Virus record (IMG/VR): IMGVR_UViG_3300020044_002798
Span: 1-34,752 of that record
Reading direction: 5' to 3' (one strand)
DNA length: 34,752 bases
Origin: a virus
Lineage: Duplodnaviria > Caudoviricetes
Positions 24,801 through 33,763 of the stretch are shown in pieces (position 1 is the stretch's first letter; the number at the start of each line of letters is the position of its first letter). Both the position numbers and the translations under genes were made by a program. The notes beneath the pieces were generated by a model. That model did no database searches, was not told the origin of the DNA, and saw nothing but the letters and a program-made list of their open reading frames with translations.

Positions 24801-25315
24801 TTCACCCCGTAAATTCTGACCGAGCCAAAGTCAAAAGTGTTGGCCCCAACTGTTATGGTCACTGAAGTGGATGCAGTAGACAAACTACTGTTTCCACCAG
24901 TGGCCACGCGTCCAGCCGTCCCCGCATCGAAAGAGCCTGAATACACACCAGTGGCCAAATCTACGGTTGTCAAACCATTTCCCCTGTCGGATGTGTTGGG
25001 AATCGTAAACAGCGAATTAGTACTAGTGGAAGTGATAAAAACCCCTTTGTTGACTGAGGCGCTATTATGACTAACGTCGTTAAAGACTAAAACCAAAAAC
25101 TTATAGGGGGTAAGAGTAAGGGAGCTTAATGTTTGAGTGCTGCCGCTCGTGGTCGTCAGGGTGCCAAGCAAAACAGTTGGCAACAACCCGGCTGGCACAG
25201 TGCTGTCAGCTTCGCCAATCGCAATCGGGTTATCCCTCCACTTCTTAGCAAGTTCAGAGGTTATTGGTGCTTCGGGATCAGTCTCAGCATCTGTAATTGC
25301 AATATAACTTGTCAT
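24797..25315 (-). CDS. Short tail fibre / receptor-binding candidate
   Basis: Position; N-terminal DPEAPITSEL...RDNPIAI; Ser/Thr-rich body ending GSVRIYGVK. Confidence 0.65.
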   Translation of the reverse strand: MTSYIAITDAETDPEAPITSELAKKWRDNPIAIGEADSTVPAGLLPTVLLGTLTTTSGSTQTLSSLTLTPYKFLVLVFNDVSHNSASVNKGVFITSTSTNSLFTIPNTSDRGNGLTTVDLATGVYSGSFDAGTAGRVATGGNSSLSTASTSVTITVGANTFDFGSVRIYGVK

Positions 25316-25326
25316 GTCGGGTTCCT

Positions 25327-27102
25327 TTAGATAAACAGATAGGGGGATTCCCCGTCAGGGAACAAAAGGGTTGTACCATCAACAAACCAAGCCCCATTGC
25401 GTTTCTCGGCATCTGTGGCAAGACCATAGTCAGGTGCTGTGTTAGCCATGATAACCCCATATTTCCCATCGTATTGGAAGGCTTGTGTGGTGATTTCAAC
25501 TTCATGACCTGACTTCTTCTCAGTACGCTTAATGACCTGCACTAGCCTCTTGACTAAAGAACCTGTCTCGTCTGTAACAATCCTGCTGTCAAGTTCAAGG
25601 ACATCAACAAGCCCAATATCCCTGTCTTTAGCATCCAACAAGATGGTATAGTGTACAGGAGGAGTGTTGAATCGTTTCAAGAGACGCAGTGCCAAGGTCC
25701 TTACGATAGCATCTGCACCATTGTTCAACCACCGACAAAAGACTTCTTTGATCTTAGTGTCAGCATAAGCGTTGGTAGCTTCAGCATCAGTGTCTACAAG
25801 AACATTGATCTGATCGTAGTTACCTTTGTCTTTGTAATCTTTGGTGGGATCAGACTGTTTACTGTAGAAGTGTACTTGAGTAAGACGATCCTCGTCTCTA
25901 TCTTCTTGTTGGATAGACTTGATATTGTTTCTATCCGAGACGGGTATAAGGAGTTCATCACCCACTGGCCTGTTGGCTTGCAGCTTAACCTTTTGGTTAA
26001 CTTCATCCCACCACACAGAGATGCCAAGCACAGCCAACTCACCAACCAATTGGGATACACCAGTGGGCTTAGTGATGACGGTATCTAACTTCAAGGCACT
26101 CAGCCACTTAGTTACTTCAGGTTCCCACTCAGCCACAAGAGGACAGAAGGCCGCTGGTACATTAGCGTAGTTCACAAGAAGGTCATAGATAGCATCATCA
26201 ATACGCATATCTTGGATGTTCAAGGCTTCTTGGAAAGAGTCGTTCAAGTTGTGTGTGGCAGCTAGTGTCCCATATAGGCCACGACCAGTCACTGTGATAG
26301 TGTCAGTTGAACGAGTAAACGAGACTACCTCAGAGCCAATTGTGGCCCAACCAGAGGCTGGGTACTCTGTGCCAATACCAGCAGGGGTAAGCGTAAAGAC
26401 TTGACCTACAGCCGCTGTGATGTTAGCGCCAAGTTTACCACGAGAAGGCCTAGGTGCCACAGCTTTGTTGTTGTCAGCAAGGGCTAGTACGTCTTTACCT
26501 TCGATCTGGACATTACCTTGGTTGTCAGGTCCAACTACGTTAGTGATGATGAAGTGTCTAGTCTGGGTATCTGTAAGGACACCACCATCCACGTAACCAT
26601 CAATAATACGAAGAGGACGCCCAGCGTAGTAAGGGAACCTAGACTTCAACTTAGTGAAGAAGGTCCCACGATCTACAGGGTTGTAGCCTACAGTAGAAAA
26701 CTGTGCAGCACCACTGATACGCTCTGTCTGGTACTTGTCTACACCAATGTCATCAGCCACAAAGTCTTGCAGTTTAACAGACACAGTTGCTCTACGACCA
26801 AAAGCCCCAAGTTTATCATCACTACCAGCAATGTTAACTGTGCTTGAGAAAGCTGTCACGCCACGTTCCTCTAGACAAGGATAAGCGTTAAGCCCTTTAG
26901 GCAAGTTAATTCTGTTATTAATAAACTTGAGTGTCTTTGTGGTTTTGGCGAAGACAGGTTTTACCTGACAAGTGGCATAGGTATTGAAACACTTGTTAAG
27001 GTTGGTAGATGACAGAGTGGCTGTACAAGGCGCTGTACCATAGGTTAAGCTACAGTAGTCAATGTCAATCTCCACAAGTTGGATAGGTTCTCTATTCGCC
27101 AT
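25327..27102 (-). CDS. Tail tip / hub protein
   Basis: Large gene two after the tape measure; N-terminal C..TYG..PC...KCFNT..TC. Confidence 0.75.
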   Translation of the reverse strand: MANREPIQLVEIDIDYCSLTYGTAPCTATLSSTNLNKCFNTYATCQVKPVFAKTTKTLKFINNRINLPKGLNAYPCLEERGVTAFSSTVNIAGSDDKLGAFGRRATVSVKLQDFVADDIGVDKYQTERISGAAQFSTVGYNPVDRGTFFTKLKSRFPYYAGRPLRIIDGYVDGGVLTDTQTRHFIITNVVGPDNQGNVQIEGKDVLALADNNKAVAPRPSRGKLGANITAAVGQVFTLTPAGIGTEYPASGWATIGSEVVSFTRSTDTITVTGRGLYGTLAATHNLNDSFQEALNIQDMRIDDAIYDLLVNYANVPAAFCPLVAEWEPEVTKWLSALKLDTVITKPTGVSQLVGELAVLGISVWWDEVNQKVKLQANRPVGDELLIPVSDRNNIKSIQQEDRDEDRLTQVHFYSKQSDPTKDYKDKGNYDQINVLVDTDAEATNAYADTKIKEVFCRWLNNGADAIVRTLALRLLKRFNTPPVHYTILLDAKDRDIGLVDVLELDSRIVTDETGSLVKRLVQVIKRTEKKSGHEVEITTQAFQYDGKYGVIMANTAPDYGLATDAEKRNGAWFVDGTTLLFPDGESPYLFI

Positions 27103-27886
27103 AAGCATAGACCTCCATACCAACACTCATGAAAATACCAGTTGAATCGAAAGTAGGGGCAAGAGTTGAACCCTCTGTGCGCCACACATAGCCTACATCC
27201 TTCGAGAAGACAGATGGTCCAGCCGCCCACACAAAAGCCTTACCTGAGTTGAAGTGCTCACGGAAAGGGAGAATTGTGGTTTCACCAAAAGTTCTGTCCA
27301 CTGCCACAAGATTGATAGAAGTTTGACCACCTTGACGTAACACTCGGTTACCAAGGAACTGACCACCAAGAGTTGTGGCAGTCAACAGTTCATAGGCTTG
27401 AGACAACCAGACTGGTTTGTAAGGGGCTACCACACCAGCAGGGAAGTTAAACCTAGCTCCAGCCATAGCAACACCAATAACTGGTGCTGTACCACCACTG
27501 AAGTTAAACCTCCAGTATCTAGCGGATACCGAATTGAACAAAGCTAGGATAGTAGTATCATCCGTAGGGACAATGGTTGCACGAGTAGTCCACGTAGTGT
27601 TGTTAGTTGAACTTTGGACAAGTACAGTGTTACCAGATGTGCCACAGTTGTGAGCCACAAGTGCAGCACAGTTTACAGATACAGCAGTGCCTTTATCAAT
27701 AGTCAATTGTGCAGGCAAAGACGAGGGCTTCCAAGCATTGTAAGTAGCCTCAGAGACAGCATTCTCTTTCGGGTAATCAGCAGCCTCACTAGAGGCACTA
27801 AGTGTACCACTAGCGAAGATGTTGTTCCACAAAATAGTTGGTAGGCTATCTTGACTTGTCGGGGTGTTAGTTATAACAATAGTCAT
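27092..27886 (-). CDS. Distal-tail-like protein with carbohydrate-binding (F5/8-like) segment
   Basis: Follows the tape measure; VQSSTNNTTWT...SARYWR. Confidence 0.65.
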   Translation of the reverse strand: MTIVITNTPTSQDSLPTILWNNIFASGTLSASSEAADYPKENAVSEATYNAWKPSSLPAQLTIDKGTAVSVNCAALVAHNCGTSGNTVLVQSSTNNTTWTTRATIVPTDDTTILALFNSVSARYWRFNFSGGTAPVIGVAMAGARFNFPAGVVAPYKPVWLSQAYELLTATTLGGQFLGNRVLRQGGQTSINLVAVDRTFGETTILPFREHFNSGKAFVWAAGPSVFSKDVGYVWRTEGSTLAPTFDSTGIFMSVGMEVYAYGE

Positions 27887-29796
27887 CGTGCCACCACAAA
27901 TACTTTGCCACGGTTGTCATTCTCTTTATAGAAGTTCTCAAAGAGGCGAGAGAGTTGTTCACCCGTAAAGAGTGCATTAGGGTCAAGGCCAGAGATAAGC
28001 ACTGTTTGTGGTGTAGCAGGTGCAGCGGATTGTGCTACGGTTGCAGAACCGGGAGAACTGCCACCAGAGCCAGAACCACCACCAACTCCACCAGCAGAGC
28101 GAATTGCTGCAACACCCTTAAGACCTGCCGCGAGTACACTAGCATAAGCGGCAAACCTGCCTGCAAGTCCAATACCCGGAGTGTTCAAGGCCTTGATGGC
28201 TGCACCGTAAGCGTTAATCGTACCTTCAATAGCTTGGAAGGTAGCCACAGCCTTTGCCGTCTTTTGACCACCAACAGAAGCGATAGTTGCTAATTGACCA
28301 AACACATCCGCAGTATCGCTTAGACGTTTTTGCTGAGAGTTAGCTTCAATGTTAGCCAAGTCTTGTTGGTGTTGCAGGGACAGGGCCTTCTCAAGTTCGT
28401 TATACTCTTGAAGCGTAACCATCTTGTTTTCTAGAGCGGAACGAAGAACATCTTGGCGTTGTTCAAAGGCAATGGTCTCTTGTTCAACCAGATACTGGTC
28501 CAACTCAAGGTATTTGTAAACCTCTCCCATCTTGTTCTGGAGAGTAGTTACGGCACCTGCGCCACCCCCTCCGCCACCTGCGTCACTAGAAACCGCAGCT
28601 ACGCCACCAGCACCCCCAGTAAGTACACCAAAGGGGTTAGGCATGTTTGCGATAACACCTCTACGGGCAGCATCAGGGCCACTGTCACCAGTGTTCATAA
28701 TCTTCCCGTAGTTCAAGGATGCCTGTTGTTGGGCCATACGGAAGGTTTCATCTGCGCCACGCTTAAGTTCATTGGCGAGACCAGCGGCCACAGTACGCAT
28801 CTTGCTGTACTTGTCAAGAGCCTCTGTGGCAGCAATAGTCATTAAGCGCTGTGCATTTTGAGTCTGCCCCATGTACTGCACTTGTTGGGCATGGGCTTGT
28901 TTCAAGGCTTCGGCAGAGACTAACCTTTTACGTTCTTCTTCAGCTATACGTAGTACGTTTTGTAGCCTCTGTTGTTCAGCAGTGTTTGCCTGCAAGGCGA
29001 GGTTAATTCTTTCAACCTCAGCACCAAGGCTTGTTGCACCCTCTTGGTTTATTCGGGCAGCTAAGTCTGCTGATTCAGCAAGAAGTCCTGCGCGCTGAAG
29101 TTCCAGCCTGTTAATCTCGTTCAGGACGTTTTGTTCTTCGGTTGTGGCAGCACCGCTAGAGAGCATTTCACGTTCATTACGAAGACGAACAATAGACTCT
29201 ACAAGGGCATCGTACGCCTGCTTCTGTTTATCAATAGCTGTAGCTGCCTTGTCACTTTCCTCAGAGGTACGCATGAAAGCAGCACCAATAGCGGTAATAA
29301 GCGGGATGGCAATACCAAGACCAGCAGACAACCCCACAAGAGCACCTGTAGACAATCCCATGAAGCCAGTCATCATAGGTAACACACCAACCAACTGTGT
29401 GGCTTGTTGACCAAAGGCAACCATCCAGTTAGTACCAGATTGCACCTGAACGAGGAAGTCACCGATCTGATAGCCAGCTTGCTGAGTTACCACACCAAAA
29501 CTACCCATACCACGTCTGGAGTTGACTAAGGTAGATTCAAAGTTAGCCATACGCTCAGAGGCTCGTTGCAGTTCTACACCAGACAATCTGCGGAAAGAGT
29601 TGGAGAGGTCGTCTGCACTCTTGCTTGCCATGTTCTTAATACGACTAACTTCCTTAAGGTTGTTAATCAAATCTTGTGTGGCTTTGGAAACTTTATTTTC
29701 TGCAACAGCAACCTTATCAAGGTCGGTGGCAAGTTGGTTAATCACTGGCCTGCCTTGAACGTCCACAAGGATACTAATTGTGCCAAGGTCGCTCAT
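27883..29796 (-). CDS. Tape measure protein
   Basis: QAGYQIGDF.VQVQSG......QQATQL (lambda-type TMP N-terminal motif); Ala-rich coiled coil; follows the chaperones. Confidence 0.9.
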   Translation of the reverse strand: MSDLGTISILVDVQGRPVINQLATDLDKVAVAENKVSKATQDLINNLKEVSRIKNMASKSADDLSNSFRRLSGVELQRASERMANFESTLVNSRRGMGSFGVVTQQAGYQIGDFLVQVQSGTNWMVAFGQQATQLVGVLPMMTGFMGLSTGALVGLSAGLGIAIPLITAIGAAFMRTSEESDKAATAIDKQKQAYDALVESIVRLRNEREMLSSGAATTEEQNVLNEINRLELQRAGLLAESADLAARINQEGATSLGAEVERINLALQANTAEQQRLQNVLRIAEEERKRLVSAEALKQAHAQQVQYMGQTQNAQRLMTIAATEALDKYSKMRTVAAGLANELKRGADETFRMAQQQASLNYGKIMNTGDSGPDAARRGVIANMPNPFGVLTGGAGGVAAVSSDAGGGGGGAGAVTTLQNKMGEVYKYLELDQYLVEQETIAFEQRQDVLRSALENKMVTLQEYNELEKALSLQHQQDLANIEANSQQKRLSDTADVFGQLATIASVGGQKTAKAVATFQAIEGTINAYGAAIKALNTPGIGLAGRFAAYASVLAAGLKGVAAIRSAGGVGGGSGSGGSSPGSATVAQSAAPATPQTVLISGLDPNALFTGEQLSRLFENFYKENDNRGKVFVVAR

Positions 29797-30140
29797 TTGC
29801 TCACCGTCCTCAAGTAAACTGCATCAAGTCTCTTAACAGCCTCAATCTCCCAAGGCAGTAGAGTATTATTCGTTAGTTGTTGCCAAGCTATAATCTCTTG
29901 GTAACTTATCGGTAAAGGTCCACTGAACCCTTGACCTCTGGTGTTGTTAAGCAACAAAAAAGCAGTCCAGACGTATTCCAGTAACTCGGGGAACTCTGGT
30001 CCCTGTAGAGCCAATGGAGTTCGTCCAGACTGCCTTTCAACTTCTTGTAGGTGTTGTCGCTCAGTTACACCATCTTTGTCAGGAATAGAGAGTTTGAAAT
30101 CCCACTCAGCGTATTCCTCTAGATCAAGGATTAACCCTTC
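29793..30140 (-). CDS. Tail assembly chaperone, frameshift extension (gpT-like)
   Basis: -1 frame open from the slippery site: EGLILDLEEYAEWDFKL...LALQGPEF...TVSK. Confidence 0.85.
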   Translation of the reverse strand, partial: EGLILDLEEYAEWDFKLSIPDKDGVTERQHLQEVERQSGRTPLALQGPEFPELLEYVWTAFLLLNNTRGQGFSGPLPISYQEIIAWQQLTNNTLLPWEIEAVKRLDAVYLRTVSK

Positions 30141-30532
30141 AAAAAAGAAGTGTAGTCCTCTTGGGCATCAATTACTTGCGCTTTGAGCCACGGTAGCTTG
30201 GAGTAGAGGTCCATAGCCTCTGCCACAGAGAATTTAGGAGACTTGCCATTAAGCTGGATGTTCCACTCTTTGGTAGTCTTTGCCATAAGTTCAAGCGTAG
30301 CGCTCTCAATGTCTTCAGCAGTGAAGGTAATCTTCTTGCCCTTCGATGCCTTCTGGATACGCTTATTGGTTTGCTCGTGTACAGCACTCTTGTATTGCAT
30401 GGAGTGAGGTGCATATACAGTGATAGTCATCTCAGTCTTGTCGTCTTTAACAAGAGGTTCATCAGTCACAGGGTGCTTGATGGAGACAACAATAGTGTCG
30501 TCAGTCGGGATCAGATTGTTAAGATCGGCCAT
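30131..30532 (-). CDS. Tail assembly chaperone (gpG-like)
   Basis: Between tail tube and tape measure; HPVT..PL...ITVY...S..YK. Confidence 0.88.
   Translation of the reverse strand: MADLNNLIPTDDTIVVSIKHPVTDEPLVKDDKTEMTITVYAPHSMQYKSAVHEQTNKRIQKASKGKKITFTAEDIESATLELMAKTTKEWNIQLNGKSPKFSVAEAMDLYSKLPWLKAQVIDAQEDYTSFLKG
30140..30146 (-). other. -1 programmed frameshift heptamer T TTT TTG
   Basis: X XXY YYZ in the correct phase just before the chaperone stop; -1 frame open. Confidence 0.85.
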
Positions 30533-30647
30533 GTCGGGTGGTCCTATGAGTTAAGTGTCGGGAAAGATTTAAAGCGGGTGGTCAACCCCCGACAAGCCAA
30601 CCACCCTAGCCCCGCAGCGAAGCGAGGATTAGTTTACCCTTGTGGTA

Positions 30648-31571
30648 TTACACAGAGCGGGTCAGTTTGATGTTAGTCGCTTCCACAGTGTCATAGAGTG
30701 CCACAAAAGGAAGGGTAACAATACGAGAGGTCGGATTGTCAACTGGCACAGAAGCACCGTTGATCTTAACTCTCGGAAAGAGCCACGTGTAATCGGAGGA
30801 ACCCGTAGGATCGTCCACAACAACTTGAAGGCCAGTCTCGGTCTCGTTAATGAAGCGGTTGATCAGGGTAGCATCTTCAAAGTAGGCGGTGATAGTACCT
30901 TCAACCGTAGCCATACCATACTCAAGTTGTGGGGTCGAAGCGGAGCCAACCACAAAAGTAGGAGCAAGAGCGTTGTTGATAGTGAAGTCAATGCCAGTCA
31001 CGATAGCAGACGATGACAAGGAACCACCAGCATTACCAATCGACAAAGCACCAGAGTAAGCGTCAAAAGGTGCATTACCAGACGAAGCAGTCTTTGTGGC
31101 ATCCACAGACGTACCAGAGATGGTCATGTCTTTACCGACCATACTAAACGTACCAGTGACCATCTGATTAGGACGGATTGAAACAGCAAGCGAGGAGACA
31201 GCCATACCCGTGAACAGACGGAACTGAGTAATGTCAGTAGCTGCATCTTCAATAGAGAAAAACTTCGGGGTGGTGCCAACCTTCAGCACGTTAGTCGAGA
31301 AGGTGTTAAAGAAAGCACTCTCAAGGAAGGGGTCATAATCGCCCTTACGAAGGTCTGCCACAATGTCACCAGCCACAGAACGGTTACCGTGACGGTCAAC
31401 ACGAAGCATACGGTCGGGTTGAATGTCAGTACCAGTTACACGCTCTTTGGTGAGGTCAAGCGAGTGGGTGGTATAAGGGAGTTGAATGAGAGAAGGAGTA
31501 CCCGGAGTAGTACCGAAAGTCGACTCAACGACATAAGAAAGGCCAGCGCGGCTACCTTGGCTAAACGGCAT
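30648..31571 (-). CDS. Major tail tube protein
   Basis: YVVESTFGTTP, V.GDI, VEGTITAYFED, FPRVK; position. Confidence 0.9.
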   Translation of the reverse strand: MPFSQGSRAGLSYVVESTFGTTPGTPSLIQLPYTTHSLDLTKERVTGTDIQPDRMLRVDRHGNRSVAGDIVADLRKGDYDPFLESAFFNTFSTNVLKVGTTPKFFSIEDAATDITQFRLFTGMAVSSLAVSIRPNQMVTGTFSMVGKDMTISGTSVDATKTASSGNAPFDAYSGALSIGNAGGSLSSSAIVTGIDFTINNALAPTFVVGSASTPQLEYGMATVEGTITAYFEDATLINRFINETETGLQVVVDDPTGSSDYTWLFPRVKINGASVPVDNPTSRIVTLPFVALYDTVEATNIKLTRSV

Positions 31572-31586
31572 AGTTAGTTTCCTTTA

Positions 31587-32069
31587 TCAATAGTATGTAA
31601 ACCAAGCGATGGTCACAGGGGTGCAGTAGAAGGGGGAGTCAAGGAAACTCGTCCTGACCTCGGAGTAATCAATAGACACAATCGTAGGACTACCAAGAAG
31701 TAATCTGCTACCGTCTTCTAGAAGGATGTCATCACCACTCTCTAGAGAGATTGCATCGAAAGGGTTAGTGCAGACAATATCTGTTGTGGCATTAAAGCGA
31801 TCTAGCAACAGGTCAGCCACATCATAACCAGCCCCTGAACCAAGTGCCTCTGGTGTACAGATCAGGATACTGTATAGTCCATCATAGCGTTGTTGTGGAT
31901 TTAAACCACGAACAGCAGGACGACGGGAAGTAGGTACTAGGTCAGCCTTGATGTAGGGTGTACCAGTAGTAGGTTCATAGGGAATGTTTTGTCTAGCGAT
32001 AGCAGGGATACCTGTAGTAGTAGACAGGTGAGTGTCAAGACAGGCTCTAATGTCATTTATAATTGTCAT
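31587..32069 (-). CDS. Tail terminator-like protein
   Basis: IRACLD..L..QNIPYEP..GTPY...GLY.I...G.G...AD; directly upstream of the tube gene. Confidence 0.75.
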   Translation of the reverse strand: MTIINDIRACLDTHLSTTTGIPAIARQNIPYEPTTGTPYIKADLVPTSRRPAVRGLNPQQRYDGLYSILICTPEALGSGAGYDVADLLLDRFNATTDIVCTNPFDAISLESGDDILLEDGSRLLLGSPTIVSIDYSEVRTSFLDSPFYCTPVTIAWFTYY

Positions 32070-32491
32070 TGCCTAGCCTTTACTTTATTCACTGCGTCTG
32101 CTAGATGAAGCCCAGCCCTGTTTCTAACACTTGTGTACACTGCGTATGGTCCAGTCTTGCCCCAACCACTATACTCAACCTTATTGGCATAGGGGCTTCT
32201 GTTAGCAATGTAGACAGTTGTAGTGTCTTGAGGCAAACCAGCGATCTGACCATTCAGTTTGTCTAGGGCATCTGACCTAGCTGTGCCATTGTCAGGGGGC
32301 TTCCCCTGTGAGTTTTGTCTACCACCAGAACCAGAGGAAACAGTAATAGAGTGGTTTCTTACATACGTACCAGTATCGACAGGAGAGGAGTTTACAAGGT
32401 CCTCAGCCACATTGCGGAGGAACTCGTCTCGGACTGCATCTAAGTCTTGTTCTACTTTCTTGAGCAAGGCTGTGAATGATCTTTGAACCAT
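32066..32491 (-). CDS. HK97 gp10-like tail completion protein
   Basis: SPVDTG, YIANRSPYANKVEY. Confidence 0.85.
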   Translation of the reverse strand: MVQRSFTALLKKVEQDLDAVRDEFLRNVAEDLVNSSPVDTGTYVRNHSITVSSGSGGRQNSQGKPPDNGTARSDALDKLNGQIAGLPQDTTTVYIANRSPYANKVEYSGWGKTGPYAVYTSVRNRAGLHLADAVNKVKARQ

Positions 32492-32494
32492 TTA

Positions 32495-32857
32495 TCACTC
32501 CCTCACTTGCAACTGATAGCACATCGTAGCACTACCAGATTTAATCTCCATGACCTTGACAATATTCACAGTGTCACCAAGTCCAATGATCTGGTCTGTG
32601 GCATCTGGTTCAGGGGTAGCAGTCCCAGCAACCAAGACGCTATCAAGGACTACACGTCTATCACCACGAAGGATGGATTGACCATCAACCATATCGGGCG
32701 TATAGTCGTAGAAATAGCCTCGTACAGCGTAGTCAGTGTTTGTGGTAGTCACAGTACCTGTATCGTTGTCATAGGCACCAGCGGCCCTCTTACGAAGCGT
32801 CAGGGCTATTCCATGCTCTTTGATTAGTTGACGTAGAGTATAAGGGTCAAACGCCAT
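32495..32857 (-). CDS. Head closure (stopper) protein
   Basis: LIKEHG..LTL...YD..TG...DG..I..GDRR; position. Confidence 0.75.
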   Translation of the reverse strand: MAFDPYTLRQLIKEHGIALTLRKRAAGAYDNDTGTVTTTNTDYAVRGYFYDYTPDMVDGQSILRGDRRVVLDSVLVAGTATPEPDATDQIIGLGDTVNIVKVMEIKSGSATMCYQLQVRE

Positions 32858-33320
32858 CAGGTTCATCAGGGATATAGTTATCCACTGCCTCTAGGTTATC
32901 AAACTGACCAATATTGAAGGCAGGCTTAACACGATCCGGGTCTTCATTAGCCAAAGCCATGTCTGCCACAGAGATACCACCACCAAAGACACCAAGGGCT
33001 TTACCAGAAGTCTTCTTGCCTTGTGCCTCGATTTGTGTAGCGAGTTGTTGGAATTGTTTGGCACGATCACTATAGTTGGCACTCAAGGCACCATCTAGTT
33101 TGGTATCAACCATACGGCTGAACTTAGCTGCAATAACTCTGCAAACCCATGACCCTGCATAATAGATGTTGTCGCCTACCTGTGCTAGGGCAAATGTAAT
33201 CTCTTCGTTCTGCACAAGTTGATCTGTGGTATCTGTGTCACCAACAAGCAATCGAACGGAATTGAGTCGTCCAGATGAAGTGGTAGTATTCAAGTCAGTT
33301 GCGGAATAACTCCAAGACAA
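32847..33320 (-). CDS. Head-tail adaptor protein
   Basis: MSWSY...VRLLVGDTD...QNEEI; position. Confidence 0.75.
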   Translation of the reverse strand: MSWSYSATDLNTTTSSGRLNSVRLLVGDTDTTDQLVQNEEITFALAQVGDNIYYAGSWVCRVIAAKFSRMVDTKLDGALSANYSDRAKQFQQLATQIEAQGKKTSGKALGVFGGGISVADMALANEDPDRVKPAFNIGQFDNLEAVDNYIPDEPDGV

Positions 33321-33338
33321 TTGGACGACCTCCTAGTT

Positions 33339-33755
33339 TTAATCCAACAAGTGTCCATAGGTAAGTCGCCAATTCTTAATCTTGCGGACTTGCATCTCAC
33401 AATCTTTAGGGACCTTAGCACACTTCTTGAGGGCAAATTCTTTAGCAGTCTTCAATTTAGGTTTCAACTTAGCATTGAGTGCATCAATGTAGATGTGAAG
33501 TTCTGCAATATCCATCTCTTCAAGTTCTTTGAGAGAGACTTCTTTTTGTTTAACGTCTTCGAGTTCTTCGTTGTGGTGAAGGAACCCTTGGTTGAACAAG
33601 ATAGTCATAGTAAAGATAGGCACACTAAATCGTTGCCAATCGAAATACTCACCACTTCTACGAATCTTTCCCGCCAAGTGTACGCCATCAACTTTGACAA
33701 ACACAGGGCGGGAAGAATCGAAGTGGTGGAAAAGAGTCGGGTTCATCTCCACCAC
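33339..33755 (-). CDS. Hypothetical protein after the capsid gene
   Basis: 138-aa ORF in the late operon; start uncertain. Confidence 0.75.
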   Translation of the reverse strand: MVEMNPTLFHHFDSSRPVFVKVDGVHLAGKIRRSGEYFDWQRFSVPIFTMTILFNQGFLHHNEELEDVKQKEVSLKELEEMDIAELHIYIDALNAKLKPKLKTAKEFALKKCAKVPKDCEMQVRKIKNWRLTYGHLLD

Positions 33756-33763
33756 CTATTTAA

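Noticed and set aside
29793-30532. Chaperone -1 frameshift as a novelty
   Set aside because: Well supported but canonical (lambda G/GT type); listed as a feature only.
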